From Basidiobolus meristosporus CBS 931.73 (lineage: Eukaryota > Fungi > Basidiobolomycota), in assembly GCA_002104905.1 (NCBI GenBank), contig MCFE01000077.1, forward strand, positions 62,001-126,000: 64,000 bases of DNA, given 5' to 3'. Within the stretch, counting starts at the first letter, position 1, and the number at the start of each line of letters is the position of its first letter. The notes below the pieces were generated by a model. It was given only the letters and a program-made list of their open reading frames with translations, did no database searches and was not told the origin of the DNA. Shown in pieces: positions 60,756-64,000 of the stretch. Position numbers and translations under genes: made by a program.

Positions 60756-61562
60756 TTACAAAAGATATGACTGCAACGGCTGATGACGAGTGAAACTCTC
60801 ATTAGAACGATTTCTCTTATAAGAATGTTTACTGCAAGCGACGAGGTCGTTGCTCAACGTGAGTTGGCAACCACAGGGGGCTCGAGTAGGCTGTGCATCC
60901 CAGGCTTGTGCTTGGGCGGCATTGCTTAAGCTTTGTTGGAGTGTGCTTAACCATTGATTGTACTCATCAGCGCTAATGAACAGGTCGTAACGCAAAGCGG
61001 TCAGGAATTCCACCTCCACAAAATTCAACACATGAAGAGGAAACCCTGCGGTCTCGGACCAGGTTTGGTTGGTGTAAACCAGGTCGTCGTGAAACTTGGC
61101 AGCGGTTATCAAGGCGACGGTAAACAACAAGAACTCATGGCCGGGCTCGGGCTTCGCCATGGGGTTGTTTACCCTGTATTTATGGAGATACTTCACACTC
61201 AGAAGAATGGACGCCGAGCTGATGTACAGCTTACGCATAAGCTCCTTGGCGTAATTTCTGAAGGCAGGGCTCGCGGAGTGAGAGCCCCATGTAGTGCTTC
61301 CATGAACAATATTGTAAACCACATCGGCAATTAAGCCAGTGATATCAGGGTGGTCTTCCAAGCTCGGTGCGGTGAACCCGTTAGCGGAGTGCATCGTGGG
61401 CACCGGCTGTTGGACCATACCAGTGGACTGCAACGCAGGCTGTTGGTATTGAGAACTTGAGTGATGATAGCAAGGGAAATAACCTAAATTTGAACGATTC
61501 GAGTTACCATTAGAAGTGGTGTTGGGTCCAGACCAAATATAGTGGGATTCCAAGCTGTTCAT
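60756..61562 (-). CDS. Pho85-type cyclin (Pcl/Clg1-like)
   Basis: Cyclin box FRNYAKELMRK...SILLSVKYL...ALITAAKFHDDLVYTNQTWS...LNFVEVEFLTALRYDLFIS. The ORF is open to 61745, so the start is uncertain. Confidence 0.85.
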   Translation of the reverse strand: MNSLESHYIWSGPNTTSNGNSNRSNLGYFPCYHHSSSQYQQPALQSTGMVQQPVPTMHSANGFTAPSLEDHPDITGLIADVVYNIVHGSTTWGSHSASPAFRNYAKELMRKLYISSASILLSVKYLHKYRVNNPMAKPEPGHEFLLFTVALITAAKFHDDLVYTNQTWSETAGFPLHVLNFVEVEFLTALRYDLFISADEYNQWLSTLQQSLSNAAQAQAWDAQPTRAPCGCQLTLSNDLVACSKHSYKRNRSNESFTRHQPLQSYLL

Positions 61563-63218
61563 AAACGATAGCAATTCAAGTATGAGGTTATTCAAATGGT
61601 TCCCTTGTCTATCTAACGACTCTTCGTATGTAAAGAAAGGGGTGGGGAAGGCGGTGATCACCAGAAAAGCAGAAGCAAGTTCAGTGCGATAACGATTCAT
61701 CAGGGAACGACCCAGCCTTATATAGGCCGCACTTCCTGTCATCAATTAACCACTCAAACACATGAAAATGGAAAATGGAAAAATAAGTCAGTTTCAAATC
61801 AAATTTATACATGCTGAATAACAGCAGCTGGGATTTATTGGGGGTGGGCCAATGGTTACATGGGAATGGATCATGGCTCCTAGGCAGAATCTATCATTGA
61901 TGGCTGTTGATTCGCGGTTTGAAGATAGTGGCCAACTGCGGTCATCAGTCATCTGACGAAAGCCCTTATTGATGAGAAGTTGTAGAATAATAAGCATTCA
62001 TGCAGCCGACCAAGCACTTGTCCAACTCATCTAGTGCCGCGGGTGTTGGTACCAGAAGACGGCTTATGATGTAGTGTAATTAACATCAAATTTGACGTGC
62101 GGCTCGACCATCGCAGTGATTCGTCAGACCTTTGTTTTGCTGAGTGCCCTAGTTAGAGCGGCATTCAGCTCTCCCCGATGATTGGCTGCACCCATCGTGA
62201 ATCAACCAACCCATGCCTATCGACCCGGCCTGGAATGCCAATTGGACGCTGGGGTGGTTTGCGGCCGGAGTTGTCAGTGACTAGGTGCAGCAGCGCTCCC
62301 TTAGTAATTAGCGATAATGACTGTTCAATGAATGCGCGATTGCGGGTAGGGCTTTGGGCGAGGCTGCCGGAGTCTCAATCTCCCGGACTACGCCCCAATC
62401 TTTCTAGAAGATCCAATGCCGAAATTGACGCATGCATCCCACACATACCTCCAATGCAAGGAAAACACTCTTCACCATCTGTGGTGCTGCGTTATTTGAT
62501 ACGACCCGACTCCTATATTCCCCTTAACACCCAGCAATTCGGTAGTCGATAATCACATGAATATGCTCTAAGCCACACATTGATGCCATTGATTGGTTCA
62601 TATCTCCGTGTAGGTGGCCTGACCAGTGTATATTCGCCAAGGTGGGTGGATATGCTGGCTGGCCTCTGCTACGGCGTTCTTAAAGCTGGCTATTGAGGCG
62701 AGGTATTCGCAGTGTGAGTATATTATCTAGTGTTGGCGTTCTCGTGGCATCCAACTGGGCTCATTCATATCTGAGAATGCGGTGATCTGAAATGAGATGG
62801 TTGTGCCACTGACAACAGGTTTGGATGTCTGGAATTGTGCCCTGTGTGCAGCCGGCGAGGTGTCGTGAAGGAAACCAAGTTGGGTGGCAGCCTGGTGTGT
62901 AGCGGGTTCATAGAGGAGTCATGAAGCGGGTATGTGCATTGGAGTCTCGTGATTCCAATGACGACACATCATAAATACCTATGGAATTATTCAGTCTTAT
63001 TTAAGTATGCTCGGTTTAGATATTTTACCAAAAAGGGGAGATAATGGCAATGGAGTGTATGAATTCAAATGAAGTTTAGCTATAGGGCTTAATCCATTTT
63101 CATCCTAACCCATAGCTTTGCCCGTTCCCCCGACTTCACTCCATGTCCCACAGCCAAGTCAGCACCAACAACAGTACCCCTTCTATGCAGACGAGCCATC
63201 TGAGTCAGGAGAAGCACA

Positions 63219-64000
63219 ATGGGAGAACACATGCCGCCAAAGCGAAGGAAACTAAGTCTGGCCGATAAAGAGAGTCAAGGTGAACGCAAAGCAGACAGTC
63301 GTTCTTCAACCCCAGTCTCCCGGGACAACTCCTTCCAAAAACATAAATCCCACCAGAGCGGGAAATCTGGGAATTCGTTTTCTGGCGACTCTCGCAAGAA
63401 AGGGAAAAAGCAACGGGCCCTAGTCGAGGTGGATTTTGTGAGCAAGCCCGAAAGTTACAAGAAGGTGAAGTCATCCCGGGACTTGTCCCCCCAAAACGGC
63501 CTCAACACAGCTGGTAACGAGTCTAATCCCAGCACTTCTATGGATGTGAAAATTTCAGCTTGGCACGCACTTGGTCCTATTGAAGGAGGAAGAAACGGCT
63601 CTTTGGGCTCTGGTCAGCTCCACAGAAAAGGAAAAAACTACAAACCGGTGAGTGAGAGGCGAGCGACTGCGCAGAAGGAGAATCGCAACGCTTCTAGGAA
63701 AAAAAACACTCCTACTCGTCCAACTTCTATGAACCCTTTAGCACCTGAGTTCGTTTGGCGAGATGAGCCGAATAGAGCATCAGGTAAACAGACTGTTGTA
63801 CCCAACGAGCACAGTTTCTCCAACAAGCTTGAGAAGCGTATTGCTGAAGAAACCAAGGGGCTCGCAGAGTCCAACGACAGCCATCACCAAAAGCAAGGAT
63901 GACCCATCTTTAGGCACGACCGCTACCAGTAAACTTAGAGTTGACTGTCCAGAATTCAAACCCTCCCTGAACTTTAATTTCTCCAAGCTTAATCTAAACC
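63219..64000 (+). CDS. Start of a basic, disordered protein with PAM2 (PABP-binding) motifs; runs off the window; +1 frame switch between 63742 and 63899
   Basis: MPPKRRKL NLS-like start and SMNPLAPEFVW. The +1 frame is open from 63742 to the end and encodes SKLRVDCPEFKP. Confidence 0.65.

Noticed and set aside
61800-63200. ORF 62178-62552 or a structured RNA in the cyclin/PAM2 divergent intergenic region
   Set aside because: No recognisable domain, and no tRNA boxes or snoRNA motifs that I could support.

Overview
Eukaryotic genomic DNA, almost certainly fungal: 53-117 nt GT-AG introns with CTAAC/CTAAT branch sites, a Ptc2/3-type PP2C and a Pho85-type cyclin. An early-diverging, transposon-bloated lineage is my inference. 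The window has two sharply different halves. Positions 1 to ~45.6 kb are a CpG-depleted, AT-rich nest of decayed transposons. It holds several CACTA/EnSpm-like elements with a divergent accessory ORF, three PIF/Harbinger-like (DDE_Tnp_4) copies, one internally deleted Ty3/Gypsy element plus a solo LTR, and two solo LTRs of a third family. It also holds a 16 kb pile-up of one Ty1/Copia family with 9 LTR copies, including an inversion with swapped target-site duplications (TSDs) and a tandem sharing one LTR. From ~45.6 kb to 64 kb the DNA is CpG-rich and genic. It encodes an intact 6-exon PDK/BCKDK-family gene with degenerate catalytic motifs (candidate pseudokinase), a 7-exon PP2C, and two tandem secreted paralogues built on an identical 24-tetrad G-x-x-x ladder. 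These are followed by a divergently transcribed membrane-anchored SGNH/PC-esterase (NXPE/TBL-like), an F-box/LRR gene, a Pho85-type cyclin, and the start of a multi-PAM2 disordered protein. No rRNA, tRNA or CRISPR array was seen. Repeat boundaries without a TSD are approximate, and all family calls are by motif recognition, not database search.
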